From Octopus vulgaris (Eukaryota): 64,000 bases of DNA. Below the pieces are notes generated by a model. It was not told the DNA's origin. It did no database searches and saw nothing but the letters and a program-made list of their open reading frames with translations. Positions 1-13,191 of this stretch are shown piece after piece. Within the stretch, counting starts at the first letter, position 1, and each line of letters starts with the position of its first letter. A program made the translations under genes and the position numbers. Location: the NCBI GenBank assembly GCA_951406725.2, contig OX597825.1, forward strand, positions 14,508,001 to 14,572,000. The letters run 5' to 3'.

Positions 1-573
1 ACGTTATTTCTGACTACCGGCCGAATATGCGTGTGGACACAGGCAAAATAAGCATTTAACCCAGACTGCCTTCTTCCAACTGTTAAACATGGTGGAGGAT
101 CTGTGATGATCTTGGAAATCCGCCGGCCCAATGGTTTCCCTTAGTGGTAGAATTAATAGTCAAGGGTATTTAAGCATTTTATCTGATCAAATTCATTCTA
201 TAGTTGCGGAGCTGTTTCTGGAGGGAAATGCAATCTTTCAGGATGATAATGCACCAATTCACACAGCTAAATTTGTTATTGAATAGCACGAGGAACATTT
301 CAGTGAAGTTGAACATCTTGTCTGGCCACCACAGTCCCCAGATCTCAATATTTTCGAAGCATTTAAGGAGTAGATATCCTCCATCATCACTACAAGAACT
401 AAAGGCTGTTGTACCTGAAGAATGAGCAAAACCACCTTAGGAAACAATTCAAAATTTGTATGTGTCCATGCCTCGTAGAACTGAAGGTGTGATCATTGCC
501 AATGGTGGTCCTACCCCATATTAAAATAAATTTGCTTGAAATTTTAATTGTGTTTTCATTATTTTGCTGGCTG
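1..573 (+). mobile_element. Tc1-family (DD34E) DNA transposon relic, 3' part of transposase plus right end
   Basis: Frameshifted translation gives PTVKHGGGSVMI, FQDDNAPIHTAK and WPPQSPDLNIFE, the Tc1 catalytic motifs; internal stops; ends ...CTG|TA at 573-575. Confidence 0.9.
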
Positions 574-3034
574 TAGCGTATGATTGAACCATGAATAATA
601 TAATATATATAGCTCAAACATTCCTTATACTTATAGGAAATTGAATCACTCACTCTTTTTCAGGACTTTATTATTTCCAACACTCAACGGAAAAAGTATT
701 TTAGACACGTTGTAAACAAACTCTCAGAAGAAGAATTTGAGACAAGCTATATCATTCAATGACATCTCCTTCATAAACAATCGATACTTAATTAGTGGCC
801 ACTGGAGCATCTTAAAATGTGCTCTATCGTCTGCCACTGCAGTGGCTATAAACCCTGTAAAATAGATCGTATCATATCAAGTAATTAACAGCTAATTAAC
901 AATCCCGCCAACAATCCTACATGAGAGGTATCTTTTTTCACCAAGTCATTAGTCACTGTCGTAACGCACACACTCACATATACACTCACATATGCTCGTA
1001 AGCACACAAACACAAATACGCATACACACACATACACATACATACATAAACACACATTCAAACTAATGTACACATATACTCACATCTTGAATTAGACAGA
1101 TCTAGTAACAGATCTGCTCTGAGTACGTCTCTGTGAAATGTAATATAGTTGTATGCTGTGAGACCAACTGTAGATTATAAATGTGCAGAAGAATATTCCA
1201 TTCCTTGTTTACTTAATTAAAAATTTATCAAAATAATACGTAAAACGTAGTATGACACATTTTTAGCATATATTTCCATTATATATTCATATTTACAAAA
1301 TTAGAGAAAGAAAAATCTAACATAACAGACGACATGTGTTTTAAAAGCTGTAGCGACGTTTTCACAAACTAATTGCTTTAGATATCATAGTACAATAGCC
1401 TTAATTATTAAAACACGACAGAAAAACACAATTAGCTTTGTGTTAAGATATTTTGTTCATAGAATAGTTAAACTTTAAATCGGAATGGTTACTCGGCAAG
1501 ACAAAAAGCAATATTAGTCAATAAATGTTATTTTTCCTTTTTTTTTGTTTGGTTAGTGCACGGGGGAATACTCCGTACAACATTTCAAATTATTACTTAC
1601 GGTCCTACTGTCACGAATATTTATTTTCTATAATCCTTGAAGGATTGAAAAGTATTATTTCTACTCGTACAGTGTCTATTGTTTTAACTGTTCTCTGAAA
1701 ATGTCTTTATTTCCACGTAAATTAACATAAATTATCATAAAGTATCATAAATTGGTCATTTCTTCAGAGAATACGTCTACCTTGTTTTGTCTTGTTCGGA
1801 GGTATTATAATTAAGTTAAAAAGCTAGAATTATAACGGAATATTCTGACTTGTCCTAACTCAGCCTCTAAACATATCCCACACTCTTCACGTGGAAAAGT
1901 CACATTATATTTTAGAACCTGATGCACCTCTTAAGTAACAGGATGGTCACCTGTAGAGTGTCTTTAATCATAGGCCTGTTCCCTTCGAATGATCTGGAGC
2001 ACAACTAAATTCTCGTGTTTCATTCGGCCATTTTCTTTTGTAAGCAACATTCAGCGTATTCTATATTTTACCATTTCTAAATTTCGATAACATTTTCAAC
2101 ATTATAATGAGCTTTTATAAGACACAAATGGAACAAGTCTGCCAGGTTTTGTGGCGACGCAAGCTGTCGATTTAGATAATGTTTTCTTCTTTAAAAAACA
2201 ATCAGTGTATCTCGTTAAATTTCCAACATGATTACACGCGATATTTGATTGAAATAATCACTTAGTGGACTGCTTAGATTTGAGAGGCTTTTTTTTTCTC
2301 GCGAAATAATGATAGATCATGGCGTTCTTTCATTACATGCTTTATAATAAGTTATGATATTGCAATTTGGGATGCAGAGAGATTACAGAGAGCCTGATGG
2401 ATAAAAGACAATGGAGAAAAAAGTAATCAAAAATTAATCAACGAAATAAAGGCTTTAATGATTCAATTTATGCTAAAATGATCAGAAGGATTCATGGATT
2501 TTATTACATACATCAAAACAGTGAATTAATGAGGACTTCATTATTTTATCACATCTGCGTTTAAATACAGTAGTTTTTGCATGCATAAACTGATTTTCCG
2601 ACATGTTATAATAATTCTTCGCGAGGAAATAACGTAGTTATTTTGTATTAAAAAAATACCCTGTAGCTATGTGAATAATGACGGCTACGTGAAGTTCTTT
2701 TGAACGACATATTTGAAAAGCCTCAGAAAGTAGTTGCACATGCGCATGGAGCTATCCCCTTTCTCCATTAACCCAATCTCATCAGTATCGTCGTTATTAC
2801 ATTTAGTATTGGCTTTGGGAACACGTGCAAAATAAAACTCTTCAAACGCTATTAATTGTTCTATTGTGCAATCCATTAAAAGGACGAATACGCCGCTTAC
2901 CTCACCATGACCATTCCATTTAATATTATAGTTTGTTGCTTTTGTTGCTGCTGTTCAACACTTGGTAGTTTCAGGCACATTTCCACTTCATCATCTCCTA
3001 CACCTCCGTTCCGTGTTGCTGGTATGTGTGCTCT

Positions 3035-3173
3035 TATTATTATTATTATCATCATCATCTATACTATTATTATTATTTTTATCATTATTACTATTATTAT
3101 TTTTATTATTATTATCATTATTATTATTACTATTATGATTATTATTATTATTATTATAATTATTATTATTATG

Positions 3174-3209
<36 letters not shown>

Positions 3210-3210
3210 T
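3035..3210. repeat. (TAT)n/(AAT)n microsatellite
   Basis: Direct reading. Confidence 0.95.
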
Positions 3211-3628
3211 AACATTCCCTACATGTTGATGGTAGTATCATTAATGTGTTAGCTAATCACTTCCCCAGAATTCTTTTTTCAGCTTTTTTTACAAGTTTCG
3301 AGAACTTTGCGAAAACTATTTGTCACTGCGCAGTAATGCTATCTTCTGGATATTTTTCTATTTTCAGTTTCATTTCCGTAATTTTGAACCAATGTTTCAA
3401 ATCTTTCATTGCTTCGTGTATGTCAGACACCAACAATTATTGGAACAATACACACGTTTCCCATTGGAACAATATACACGTTTCCCATTGGAACATTATA
3501 CATTTGCACTATTGAACACAGCTTTACAATTTCTTTCCTCTGAGGCTTGAATCGCATTCGTGTTTCCTCTTCTTTTTCGACGATTCTGCTGTCACCAGGG
3601 CGAACAATGTCTATAACACTGGACAACA
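3211..3628 (-). mobile_element. R4/Dong-like RLE non-LTR retrotransposon 3' relic
   Basis: Minus strand reads VIDIVRPGDSRIVEKEEE...IVPIIVG...IQKIALL (RLE C-terminus), running into (AAT)n; contains a ~24-bp triplication at 3441-3500. Confidence 0.7.
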
Positions 3629-4639
3629 AAAATATTTCTTTTCATTCTATTTTAAAATTTTCACCTGATTTAGATTAATTGTAGGGTGCTGAATCTGAAT
3701 CTAACATCAGGTTTCAGACAGCGTGTGTACACTTTTAGGTATTCAAAGCATCAGATTTTCCAATCAATTGATAGTATTGACTAAATGGTCGGCTATTTGC
3801 TTTCGATTTTCATTCATATCTCTGAAACAAAAATAAGTACTGACAGAGGCAAATGTAGGTCTGGTCTTATTGGCGTTTGTGAGAGATGCAGCATTGACGA
3901 CGAATGAAACCAGCTCAACCCACCCCGAGTGAATGCTGTCTCAAGACCAGGCAAGACAAATGTCGGCTACCTTTTAAATTGCCACACAAGATGAGGATAT
4001 ATTTTACTTTGTTATCACTGTAATTAAAGTAAAGGTCTCCTCTCAGTAGGTTATTGCTATTAGGTTATAGTAAGTCACTTAGACTCCCTTTTCTTGATAG
4101 CTGATGGTACTGTTAAAACAAAGTACATCAAATAAAAGAGCCAGATTATATGAAAAAGTAGTTTAGTAGTAAGTTTAGATATTTATTAAAGTGATCAATG
4201 TTTGAAATTTAGAGATGGCAAAAATTGTTTCGTGATAGCTATAGCTTCAGTACATTCTATAATAATTTCAATGATTTCTTTTGAGAAATATATATTGATA
4301 TTTTACAGCAACATTTACAGTTGATCAATTTTATATCTTAGTTTACTGACAGCCTTCCTGGGTGTTGATTTAGGTTATCACTGTATGTATTTATGATGAG
4401 CAGAAAAAGTTTGCGTTAATCACCCGGTCAGCTTTTGTTGAGTGTGTGGAAAATTTACGCCAAAAGATCAGAAAAATAAGCTTCAGAAAAATAAGCTTTA
4501 CTTTGGGACCAAAGTTGGGGACCAAAATAAACTGTGGGTGTCTCATGTTTGCCAGGAATTTTCACACTATTGTAATTTTGAAAGCAGTATAATAATGGTA
4601 GCGTAAAATCGTGACGTGCTGAAGTATAAATGGTTGCAC

Positions 4640-4795
4640 TGACGGCAGTGATCGACAAGTACTTATTTTATCAGCCCCTGAATGTTGAAAGGTACAGTCG
4701 AGCTTAGCGGAATCTTAATTCAGAGCGTAATGACGGGCGAAATGCCACCGAGCATTTTGTCCGGTGTGCTTACGAATATGCCAGCTCACCGACGT
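4640..4795 (-). mobile_element. tRNA-derived SINE, family B (degenerate)
   Basis: Similar to 4853-5020, 59215-59390 and 62320-62495 (gtacttattttatc...gaaagg...gtcga...cggaat). Confidence 0.7.
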
Positions 4796-4852
4796 AATAA
4801 TAATAATAATAATAATAATAATGATAATATTAATAATAATGATAATGATAAT

Positions 4853-5020
4853 CTTTTGTACTCTAGGCACTTGTTGCGATATTTTGGGGAGGGGGCCAGT
4901 CGTTTGATCGACCCCAGTATGCAACTGGTACTTAATTTATCGACCACGAAAGGTTGAAAGGCAAAGTCGACCACGGCAGAATTTGAAATCAGAACGATTT
5001 CGCCCGCTGTGCTAACGATT
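4853..5020 (-). mobile_element. tRNA-derived SINE, family B
   Basis: ctctaggcac...gggggccagtcg...ctggtacttaatttatcgac...gaaaggcaaagtcgac...atttgaa; B-box-like ttcaaat on minus; flanked by AAT repeats. Confidence 0.8.
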
Positions 5021-5022
5021 AT

Positions 5023-5062
5023 TAATAATGATGATAATAATAACAACAACAACAACAACAAC

Positions 5063-5094
<32 letters not shown>

Positions 5095-5173
5095 AAATAA
5101 TTATAATAATAATAATAATGATAATGATAAAAATAAAAATAATAATAATAATAACAATAATAATAATAATAAC

Positions 5174-5220
<47 letters not shown>

Positions 5221-5222
5221 TA

Positions 5223-5254
<32 letters not shown>

Positions 5255-5325
5255 TAAATAATAATAATAATAATAATAACAATAATTATAACAATAATAA
5301 CAATAATAATAATAATAATAATAAC

Positions 5326-5360
<35 letters not shown>
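5023..5360. repeat. (AAT)n microsatellite
   Basis: Direct reading. Confidence 0.97.
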
Positions 5361-6458
5361 GGACTGCAAAATATCTACTTCAGAAGGAAGGAAAACTGAT
5401 CCAGATAGCAGCAAAACACGAGCAAAACAAAAAACTGTTCTCAGTATTTAAGGAGAAGATGACAAATACAAACAAGAAATCATACCACCTAATAAACATG
5501 AAGAAGAAGAAGAAGATGATGAAGAAACAACAAAAGCTATAAAACAAATGAAATCCAAACTAAAAATAGAACAGCAACGAACCATGATAAAACGATGGCA
5601 AGAAAAGCCCCTTCATGGTAAATACTGCACTAAACTAAACGCAAAAGAAATAGACAAAGAAAATCCCAGCAATGGTTGAGAAGCTCAGGACTCAAAGCAG
5701 GAACAGAGGGATTTTTAATTGCAGCACAAGACCAAAGCCTCCCCACCAGAAATTACCAAAAACATGTAATGAAAAGACATATTACAAGTAACTGCAGAAT
5801 ATGTGGAGATGGACAAGAAACAATAAATCATATTATCTCTAGCTGCCCAGTCCTGGCTAAGAAGGAATATATTCACAGACATGACAGAGTTGGAACCTAC
5901 ATACATTGCAAGCTATGCCAACATTATGGAATAACAACAGAAAAAAGATGGTATAGGCACACACCAGAAAAGGTCACAGAAAACGAGAAAGCAACCATAC
6001 TCTGGGATATGCCGATACACACAGATAGAGAAATTAAGGCCAACAGACCAGATATAGTTGTCAGAGATCACGAAGAAAAAAATGCTTTCTAATTGATGTA
6101 TCAATACCGGCAGATGACAACGTGTCTCTAAAAGAAATGGAGAAACTCTCAAAATACAAAGACCTGGAAATAGAGGTAACTAGAATGTGGAACCTGAAAA
6201 CAGAAACAATTCCTATCATAGTAGGTGCATTAGGCATGATAAAAAAATATTCAGATAAATACATAACAAAAACACCAGGACTTACAAACACATATAACAT
6301 ATAGAAAATTGCACTACTAGGCACTGCACACATCCTACGCAGAACACTTTCCATACAATAACCATCAGAGCATCACAACAAATCACAGCACATAGCCAAG
6401 GCACACAGAGCTGCGCTCGGTAGTGAAGTGAAGGCACGCTATAAAAATAAAACTACTG
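5361..6458 (+). mobile_element. 5'-truncated R4/Dong-clade non-LTR retrotransposon (zinc knuckle + restriction-like endonuclease + 3' UTR) inserted in (AAT)n
   Basis: WQEKPLHGKY, TEGFLIAAQDQSLPTRNY, CRIC...ETINHIISSC (CCHC), RHDRV, ANRPDIVV, KYKDLEIEVTRMW, IPIIVGALG, KIALLGTAHILRRTL; frameshifts; (AAT)n on both sides. Confidence 0.92.
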
Positions 6459-6500
6459 AATAATGATAATAATAATAACAATAATAATAATAATAATAAC

Positions 6501-6532
<32 letters not shown>

Positions 6533-6545
6533 TAATAATAATAAC

Positions 6546-6617
<72 letters not shown>
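6459..6617. repeat. (AAT)n microsatellite
   Basis: Direct reading. Confidence 0.97.
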
Positions 6618-6620
<3 letters not shown>

Positions 6621-6957
6621 AAGAAGAAGAAGGCAAACATATATCCTGTATAAAATGACATGAAAATGATGACATACTAATGTGTATTACTCATTCCTGG
6701 GCGGAGGGCTCAAGACCAGGATATTCGGAGACAGTTCAGCAGTTCGACAGTTCCGTTTTATGTTTCATTGACAGATTTGTCTTGGATAAAATATATTACA
6801 CTTAAACACAAACACACACACACACACAATTTTGAATAGATACTTTGATAGATACATTGATTTTTCAATAGATAGATATCAGTCTCTCTATATCTAAATC
6901 TATATACCTATACACCACAATCACATACACACACACGAACATACATATATGTATATA

Positions 6958-7020
<63 letters not shown>

Positions 7021-7211
7021 ATGTTCTCCGTTTTTTGTCTTTGTTGCCATACACATACTTAGACTTTTTCAACCTGTTTCAAGAGTATCTGCCCGAAACA
7101 CTAAGGACTTATGGTAACTTGACTGAGGAAAGAATGTCACAAATGACCCCCTTTTTATTGCTTGTTCTAATTGCTGTTTGTCCAGTCCGCTTTTTTTGTA
7201 TATTTTATTTC

Positions 7212-7256
<45 letters not shown>

Positions 7257-7813
7257 TGTATGTATATCTCTCACAAACATATAATGTAAGCATTTTATGA
7301 CTGAGGCCTAGCTTACAAATAAGGTATGGAAGGAAGAAGAGAAGCTTGATAAAAATCGACACTGCCATAGCTTCTTAGTGAACACAGGACAACTTATTGG
7401 ACAGGTTCTAAGAAATTTTAAAATGTTTCAACTGCACAATATGCACCGTAGGACATTCAACCTACAGAAGAACTGCATTATTCATATCTTTTATCCAAGC
7501 TTTCAATGACATTGAATTTATTGCAATGACTGCCACATGAATAATTTTCACTAACGCCCTCTGGTGTGAGAACTACGACAATGTAACACTATGTATGTGC
7601 AAGCAAGACACCAACACAAAAGAATTGTGCACCGTGTTTATGCATGCACAAATAGCATAACGACTCGATCAATCTGTAAGAAATTTCAATAGCGGATGGA
7701 AGCTATAATGGGAAAAATAACAAATCTAACGAAAAGATAACGCAACACGATCTGTAGTTGTAGTATATTGGTGAGTGAATCGTTGTAATTAACAGCATGT
7801 TGTTGCTTGAATA

Positions 7814-7955
7814 CGGTTTAGGCAGAATCATTAGAACACTGGGAAATGCTGTGCGTTATTCGTTACAGTTGTTTCCTCTCGGGTTCAAATTCTGCCAATG
7901 TTAACTTCGCCTTTTATCTTTCCAAGATCGATAAAATATATTACCAATCAATTTC
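7814..7955 (+). mobile_element. tRNA-derived SINE, family B (old)
   Basis: ggcagaatcattagaac...gggttcaaattctgcc...gtt/gatcgataaaat, reverse complement of the family B copies. Confidence 0.6.
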
Positions 7956-8134
7956 TTGGGAACTTCTAAAGACCCGCCTTAAGAGTTATTCTCACGTTTC
8001 TGCTCATTTCTGCTGTTGAAACAAACGTCTTGTGAGCAAAATAATGATAGAATATCGAAGGAAGAGACAGACCGTTGCTATATTTTGTCAGTAAATGTAG
8101 AATTTGATTAAACAAACGAAACCCCTGGATGGAC

Positions 8135-8380
8135 GTTTTTATCTTTTGTCTTTTACATGTTTCAGTCATTGACTGCCGCTAAGCTGGGGCACAGCCTTGA
8201 AAGATTTTGGTCGAACAAACCGACCCTTGAACTTTTATTTTCGATAAACACCGGCACTTATTCGATCCGTCCCTTTTTGCCGACCCGCTATATCACGGGG
8301 GCTTGAACAAAGCAGCCCTGATTGTCAAGCTTTGGGGTAGGGAGAAACACAGACACAGACATACACACACAAACACAGAC

Positions 8381-8435
<55 letters not shown>

Positions 8436-8590
8436 CGACGAATTTCTTTTGGTTTCCCAAATCCACTCACAATGGTTTAGACTACTCGACCTGTTGTAGA
8501 AGACACTTGTCTAAGGTGCCACGCTCTGGGAATGAATCCGGAAGCGTGTGAATGGGAAGCAAGCTTCTTACCACACACCCACTCCTGCGT
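8135..8590 (-). mobile_element. tRNA-derived SINE, family A (degenerate)
   Basis: Reverse complement of the 47977-48370 consensus, with internal (CA)n(TA)n. Confidence 0.85.
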
Positions 8591-8855
8591 CCGCATGGAT
8601 ACTTTCATGCGGAAATGTTAAAAGTCGGAATAATTATGTTTAATAAGAAAACAACTTGTTTACTTAAGTTTTAACAGCATCTCCTCCAGAATAGTCACGT
8701 TGCGCAGCAGTACACCGGTTGCAGCCTTCCTGACACTTTTGGAATCCGGCTTTGAAGTCGTTTCCCGTAAGCGACCTTCTGCGTTTCGCTCTTCATCTCG
8801 ACGGGGTGACAAACGTAGATACAAAGACACACACATACAGATATACATACACATC

Positions 8856-8910
<55 letters not shown>

Positions 8911-8915
<5 letters not shown>

Positions 8916-9300
8916 ACAAAATAAGGGCAAAAGAAAAATTCTAATGCTAAATATGCCGAAAAGAAAGACAAAAATTGTCAAATAACCATTATAATTTATG
9001 CGTCTCGAAACAAACCGATAGAAATTTCTAAAAAATTCGTTATTGCCGTATTGGTCCAATTTCCGGGTTAATTCATAGAATTTTCCCCTCTTCAGCGGCA
9101 AATACTTGAGATATAAGTGAAATACTTATTCATACCCATGGAAAAAGCAAGCACCAGGTCCCGAGCAGACCTAAGTACCCCAAATATATCCAAAACAGAA
9201 AATATTGTAAATTATTTATAAATTTAACCTTTAGAGGTATTTTTTGATATGCTGGCCATTGATAAATTTTTTTTCGCAAAAATAATTTTATCCTACATTA
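8911..9300 (-). mobile_element. Short non-coding hammerhead-bearing element between (TA)n tracts (Penelope pLTR/retrozyme-like)
   Basis: TA repeats on both sides; hammerhead at 9043-9101; both ends recur at 49890-50140. Confidence 0.65.
9043..9101 (-). ncRNA. Type I hammerhead ribozyme motif
   Basis: Minus: ttgccg-CTGAAGA-gggg(aa aattc tat gaatt aa)cccg-GAAA-ttgg a ccaa-TA-cggcaa; 6-bp stem I, intact core, AUA site; G10.1:G11.1 mismatch. Confidence 0.8.
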
Positions 9301-9491
9301 ATTATATATAGATATATATATATACGCACTTATACATAGGCGCTCAAACTGAACGGGTCAAATCATGTGTTCTACTAAATAAAATCTTTTTTTTCCATCT
9401 AATGTATAAATACTATATGATACATCGCTAGCCACTAAACCATTTTTATTTCATTTCATTTTATTTTCACTCCCTGTTTATTTCTGTATTC

Positions 9492-9527
9492 CTTTCTGTT
9501 GAGGAGCGTAGGCTCGAAACGTAAAAG
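9492..9527 (+). ncRNA. Minimal type I hammerhead motif (Penelope-type)
   Basis: cttt-CTGTTGA-g-gagc gtag gctc-GAAAC-GTA-aaag; palindromic ACGT stem III; A6>U core variant. Confidence 0.65.
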
Positions 9528-9640
9528 ACTTTCTCGCTTCCGAGCGTTAAACTAAATAATATATTTGCTGTTTACACACTCGTCTTCCTTTTTTATTGTA
9601 AATTCTCACAATATATATATGTATACAGAGAGACAGACAG

Positions 9641-9766
<126 letters not shown>

Positions 9767-10775
9767 GCATAGAATATGGGGGTTTAGTTCACTGATAGTG
9801 TAGAGTTTAGACTCTAAACGAATACGTACGCTGCGTAAGTGCTATAATTGGTCATCCAACAGATTCGAAGTTCACAGCTGATGTTGGAGCTAAGTTTCCG
9901 CAGTAGACTTCTGAGTTAGCAGGTATATATTAAAGGAAAATGGACAACAAAATCAAGGCAGCACGCATATTCAGGTCATCCACAGTAGTTAATAAGTTCA
10001 AAATGAATCAATAAATGTGTAGAAAATACATTAATTACTTCTAATTCTTTCTTGATTAATCTTACACTTATTAAATTCGAACGCCACGCATCCTTTTCCA
10101 AGTAAGTTTTATCTTGATAATTGCGATGCGCACTTTTCTATGTCTACTATCTTTTGACTGTCTACCTCTCTTCCTCTGTCGTTCTTCATCCTTTCTGGTT
10201 TTCTCTCCCACCGTTCCCTATTCTTTTCCTCTCCTCTTCACCGTTCCCTCACTCTCACTCTTCCTCCTTGACTCTCTCGTCGCTGACACGAGACGAAAGA
10301 GAATCTATCTTTCTGCCCATTTCCTTACTAAAGACAACACATGCTTATACCTCTCTCCTCTCGTCTTTCTAGCGTTCATAATAATTTTTCTATCGTCTTG
10401 GCTTAACAGCCCTCACCGTTTGTTTTTACTGTTTTGTTCTCACTGTCCTGTTCTTGTTACCACTTTCACCCTCCGCAAAACAACCCAAATTTTATTTAAT
10501 ATGCTTTGCGGGAAGGACTGTTTCAATGAAGTCGCGTATTGTCCTTGCCTTCGAACTGATAAAGGGAAATATTCTTTATGTTGCATGTCTGGATTCTCTG
10601 TTTATTTTTTCGTTGTTCGAAAAAAAAGTTCTTTTTCTATGTGTTTATTTTTATGTTTTCGTTTCTCATTGTGTTCAACGTTGTTTTTTTTTTTGATGTC
10701 CTGTACCCATATATGCATGTATATATACATATATATGTAGGTATGTACATATATGTATGTATATATGCATATATT

Positions 10776-10824
<49 letters not shown>

Positions 10825-11465
10825 TATGTATGTATGTATGTATATATATATAGCGCTTGTGTATTCGGATGTATACACCGTCTTTCAAAATCAGATTTGA
10901 TTGCCGCATTAGAACTTACAAGAATTTTCTAAACAAATTTCACATTTATTTATTGTTCGTAGAAGTACCAGAGCAGGCGACAATTGGATGAGAAACTACC
11001 CTGAAACTTTTCTAAAACGACTGCTGTGCATCATACATAACATCACCTCCATATATGTACTTATCACATACTTCTCTACGCGTATATATAAATTTTTAGT
11101 GTTTCAACATTCTACACACATTTTGATTTTAACTACGGAGACAATGATACTTAAATGGAAACACGTCTTTCATTATATTTAAATATATATCTAATGACGA
11201 TCTTTCAAAGCTTTCTTTATTTTTCACAATTTCATTTATATTAATGGTCACGACTGCGTATAGGAATGTCACGAAATAAGCCTAGAGATTTATTTGCACG
11301 AAATGTGTGAATTGTAGTCTTATACCATATACGAGTGATTGCTACCTTGAACTAATTTCGCTTTTCATTCGTAGAAATAACAATTTGCTATCAACAGATG
11401 ATATTTAAATTTAGTTATGTTTCAGTTTCCGGTTCAGAAATATATTTCAATATTATAGCGCAGTA

Positions 11466-11496
<31 letters not shown>

Positions 11497-11559
11497 GTAA
11501 TTTAATCTTCCTGTGTTTTATATGAATAATCCCCTCCTCACATACACACAGGTGTATCT

Positions 11560-11675
11560 TTCATCTTTTAATTGTTTCAGACATTAGACTCCGGCCATGC
11601 TGTGGCACCTCCCCGAAAAGGTTTTAGTCGAAGGTATCGACACGGTACTTACTTTTTGTCAAGCCTAATACTTAT
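11560..11675 (-). mobile_element. SINE family A, 3' portion
   Basis: tgtttcag...ggccatgctgtggcacc...ttagtcgaa...aagcctaatacttattc. Confidence 0.7.
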
Positions 11676-13053
11676 TCCTTCGATAAGGAAGGACTGTTTA
11701 TTGTTGGTTTAGAGGGTATGTCACTTTGCTTATCAGTTACATGAACACTTTCTATCCTTACTGCATTTATATCAGACCTGGGCTGATCTATAATTATGTT
11801 CTCTGTAGTGTCTTCTTCAGCTGCAATTTCGTTCCCTTTATCCCTTACTTGTTTAATTTGCTCAATCTCTATTTTTTTCTTTTTCATAATGTTTCTTCTG
11901 ACGTTGGCAAGTTTGTTCCTGTCTATGTAGTGTTTTACTTCAAGCTGTTTCTGTCTCCAGTTTAGGTAGGTTTGTTCAGCATTATATTTATTTGTGGGGA
12001 AACACATGGCGTGATAGAAGGCCTCAAGAATTTCTTTATTATCTGCCCTAGACCATTATTCATTCTTTTTCTTTTGGTTATTTGATGACGAGCGTGAATG
12101 GTCATCTGTTGGAATATCCCGGTTTGGGGATACTTCCAGTTCCTGTGTTTCGGGAGTATTTGAACCAGTAGCTGATTTTTTTCTATCTAGTCTGATTCCT
12201 CACTGGCGTGCGTGACTCTTGTTTAACCGGGTGACGGCCGATTCGGTTTGTATTTTGCTTTTTTGAGGCGTGATGAGCTTGGATGTTGACATTAAGAGAC
12301 GGAACTGTCTGTTTAGAGTTCAACGTTTTGAGAGAACACTGCCTCAAGGTTTTCTGAATGAAAACATTGCTCGTAACGTATTTTCTTAAAACTAACAAAT
12401 CTGTATTCGTCAGTATATTTTTTTGTCGATAGATTTATCTCCGAGCATAGTTTTTCTGGTGTTTTTAAAGCTATGAATTGTTCACTATGCGTTATTTCGA
12501 AAAATAAACAACAGATGCTTTGATTTTTTTTTTGTTTACTTCCTTTGTGACACCTGTTTTCATATGCGCGTATGTGTGTTCCGTAAATTTCTCGTAGTTG
12601 TGTAAACATTTGAATGTATGTGTAGTCCTATGCGTATTAAAATGTATTTATGATTGTATAGACATTCGAGTGTATGCGTAATTAATCAATTTGCATATTT
12701 ACTGTTTTGTTCAACTTCTATTTTATAATTTATAAACTTTCCGATGTTGATTTCGCATGTGTTTTTCGCACAAATTTCACTGAGACTTTGTGCAAGGGAA
12801 ACTGGGTTTTGTATTGAAATAGAATTTCATTTTTGTAATTATTTTCGTTAAAAGGCCGCTTTCTTCAATCCTTCCACGGGTTCTTTTATGCCATTCCACC
12901 AATGTTATTAGATTAGATTTGTCTTTGTATGGAGAACCCGGTGTAGCACATCCATGTTGTTATTCAGCGCGGTGCCGATCCTGTTATTCAGTGCGGAGCA
13001 ATTCTTTTATTCAGCGCGGAGCTCTTCCTGTTATTCAGTGCCGTGCTCTTCAT
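11676..13053 (-). mobile_element. 5' portion of an R4/Dong-like non-LTR element (5' region + N-terminal Myb-like domain)
   Basis: Minus: WSRADNKEILEAFYHAMCFP...YLNWRQ...KLANVRRNIMKKK...IEIEQIK, typical N-terminus of R4/Dong ORFs; starts at an (AAT)n tract; 5' extent inferred. Confidence 0.65.
12958..13051. repeat. 4 x ~24-bp tandem repeat (tgttattcagYgcggagctcttcc)
   Basis: Units start at 12958, 12982, 13005 and 13029. Confidence 0.9.
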
Positions 13054-13102
13054 ATTATTATTATTATTATTGTTATTATTATTATTATTTTCAACGTCGT
13101 CG

Positions 13103-13138
<36 letters not shown>

Positions 13139-13191
13139 GTAGCAGTAGTAGTAGCTGTAGTAGTATTGTTGTTGCTGTTGCTGTTGTTATT

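Noticed and set aside
2685-2876. Possible host exon (similarly 14360-14689, 24860-25274 and 31655-31870)
   Set aside because: No recognisable domain or consistent splice structure; more likely decayed transposon sequence, though small exons cannot be excluded without RNA data
10552-10590. CTGATAAA-gggaa/ttctt hammerhead relic
   Set aside because: Second half of the core is absent; too decayed to support without a consensus
12878-12955. HDV-like fold (GGGTTCT/AGAACCC followed by GG)
   Set aside because: L3 would be ~36 nt, there is no proper catalytic joiner, and it lies antisense to the adjacent element
12958-13051. CRISPR-like array
   Set aside because: Units are directly adjacent with no unique spacers, there are no cas genes and the context is eukaryotic
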